A stretch of 61,645 bases of DNA, counting the filler, from Choristocarpus tenellus KU-1152 (taxonomy: Eukaryota; Protista; Phaeophyceae): NCBI GenBank assembly GCA_964200185.2. It is 13 parts of 13 records of this genome, joined end to end, with 100 filler letters (N's around TTAATTAATTAA, not from the genome) between each part and the next. Parts side by side here need not be neighbours in the genome. Positions count along the whole stretch, not along the records: positions 57,723 to 61,645 come from CAXNAD020017124.1; 12 more parts are not named here. One strand, 5' to 3'. This document shows positions 60,401-61,645 of this stretch, in pieces. A program made the position numbers and the translations under genes. Below the pieces are notes generated by a model. It did not search any database, was not told the origin of the DNA, and worked only from the letters and a program-made list of their open reading frames with translations. Position 1 is the first letter of the stretch. The number at the start of each line of letters is the position of its first letter.

Positions 60401-61645
60401 TGTATTGTTAGTCTTTGTTGAGGAATGTCGTCTGACATGATGAGGGGTGCTCGGGTCAAGGGGAATTCGTACACATGCCCTTTCGTCGTTTCTGTCCTTT
60501 TGACTGTGGCAATGCACCACCCAACAAATTCCCTTTTACTTTATTTAGCCCATATTGAACATTTATGTTGAAGGTTGCTGTTAAAAATGAAGGTACTCCC
60601 AGAGTTGACAACGTATTTTTCAGAAATACTGTATCAGCCTTGAACATTATTGGTTAGGGTTGGGTTTTGGCTATTCATTTTCCAATGTGGAACTGGTAAT
60701 ATGGTGTTGAGTGACCCCCCCCCCCCCCAAAGATACTTTTGGTTCGTTCTTGTGTAAGTATTTTATGGGGCTACAACTTGTGTAGGTGGTGTAAATTGCA
60801 GATTTTTTTTATGGGAAGGTGTGTTGCAATTGAGAAGTGTGTGCCCTCTGTTTACAGTAGAGGGTGTGGAATAGTACGCAAGTGTAGTCAATTAGGGTTA
60901 GGGTTAGGTGTGCCGATGTCTCCTGGTGTTGGCCACTTCCTCAACCTTGTTTGTGTGATATGTTAGACCTGATGTGTTAGACCTTAGAGTTTACTACGGT
61001 TGTTCCATTGGTATCGGGTCAAGTTGCTATGCAATTCTTGGTTGTATATTTGAGAATGGTGGTGTGAGTTGGGGGTGAAAGGACTTTGCCCTTCGAGCGT
61101 AAGTTATCCTAACGGATAAACCAAGTTGGACAGGGGGTTGAGATGTTGTTTGTTGCCTGTGAAAGAAGTGGGTGGTAAGTGAATTCTTCATTTGGACACA
61201 CATGCGAAGTATATGGTTTGTTAAGGCCTGTCCAATTGTGTGAACATAGCTACGTGACCAAATATGACCCACCTCAATATTTTTTACTAAAGTAGACCCA
61301 CTCTACAATATGCTATTGTTTGACAGGTTCAATCCCCCAACATCTTGGCAAGGTTTTAATACCTGAAAGGGCTACGACCCTGGGGCTAGTCAAGCACTAG
61401 TAAGTAAATCAGGGGTGGAAGATCATGCCTTTATTTGTCGGAAGACCAGCATTGAAATTGTCCAGACGCCCCATCAATTCCTCAATGAGATCTTGTGATG
61501 CATTGCAGCTTGATAAAAGACATTGTTCACCGGCTCAACTCCATGGATGGTCTGGTTTGCTCGGTGTGTCTCGTGTAAAGGGGTAAATCAGGGGTTGGGG
61601 GGGGGGGGGTCTACACCAGGATGTCCCTTGGGGTCAAAAGCAGGA

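Noticed and set aside
61320-61340. B-box-like GGTTCAATCCC (also GGTTCGATTC near 59100) as tRNA/SINE
   Set aside because: No A-box or cloverleaf stems could be built.

Overview
Eukaryotic nuclear DNA, not prokaryotic. The window is an artificial concatenation of 13 short contigs (about 2.5-10.6 kb) joined by twelve identical 100-nt linkers (N44-TTAATTAATTAA-N44), so adjacency across linkers has no biological meaning. It holds five spliced, partial genes whose exons I reconstructed by hand: a CDPK-type kinase (+, 9 exons), an AP-1/AP-2 beta-adaptin (-, 6 exons, GC-AG first intron), the last exon of an SMR-domain protein (+), ALG8 glucosyltransferase (-, 3 exons) and a PAPS sulfotransferase (-, 4 exons). 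The rest is mostly decayed transposons: Ty3/gypsy remnants, a solo LTR with TSD, a CRE-like non-LTR RT, a plant/oomycete-type mariner and a piggyBac. There are also minisatellites and interstitial TTAGGG repeats. The most striking pattern is a clan of more than 20 non-autonomous elements in at least four subfamilies with different interiors. They share the terminus 5'-GRSY-CAAAGTA and 4-bp TSDs (Sola-like), and one copy's ends are pinned down because removing it restores a retroviral protease frame. The gene architecture (short exons, introns of about 0.1-1.2 kb, 21 of 24 junctions phase 0, TTAGGG) suggests a stramenopile alga, possibly brown-algal. That taxon call is inference only. I found no CRISPR array, rRNA or convincing tRNA.
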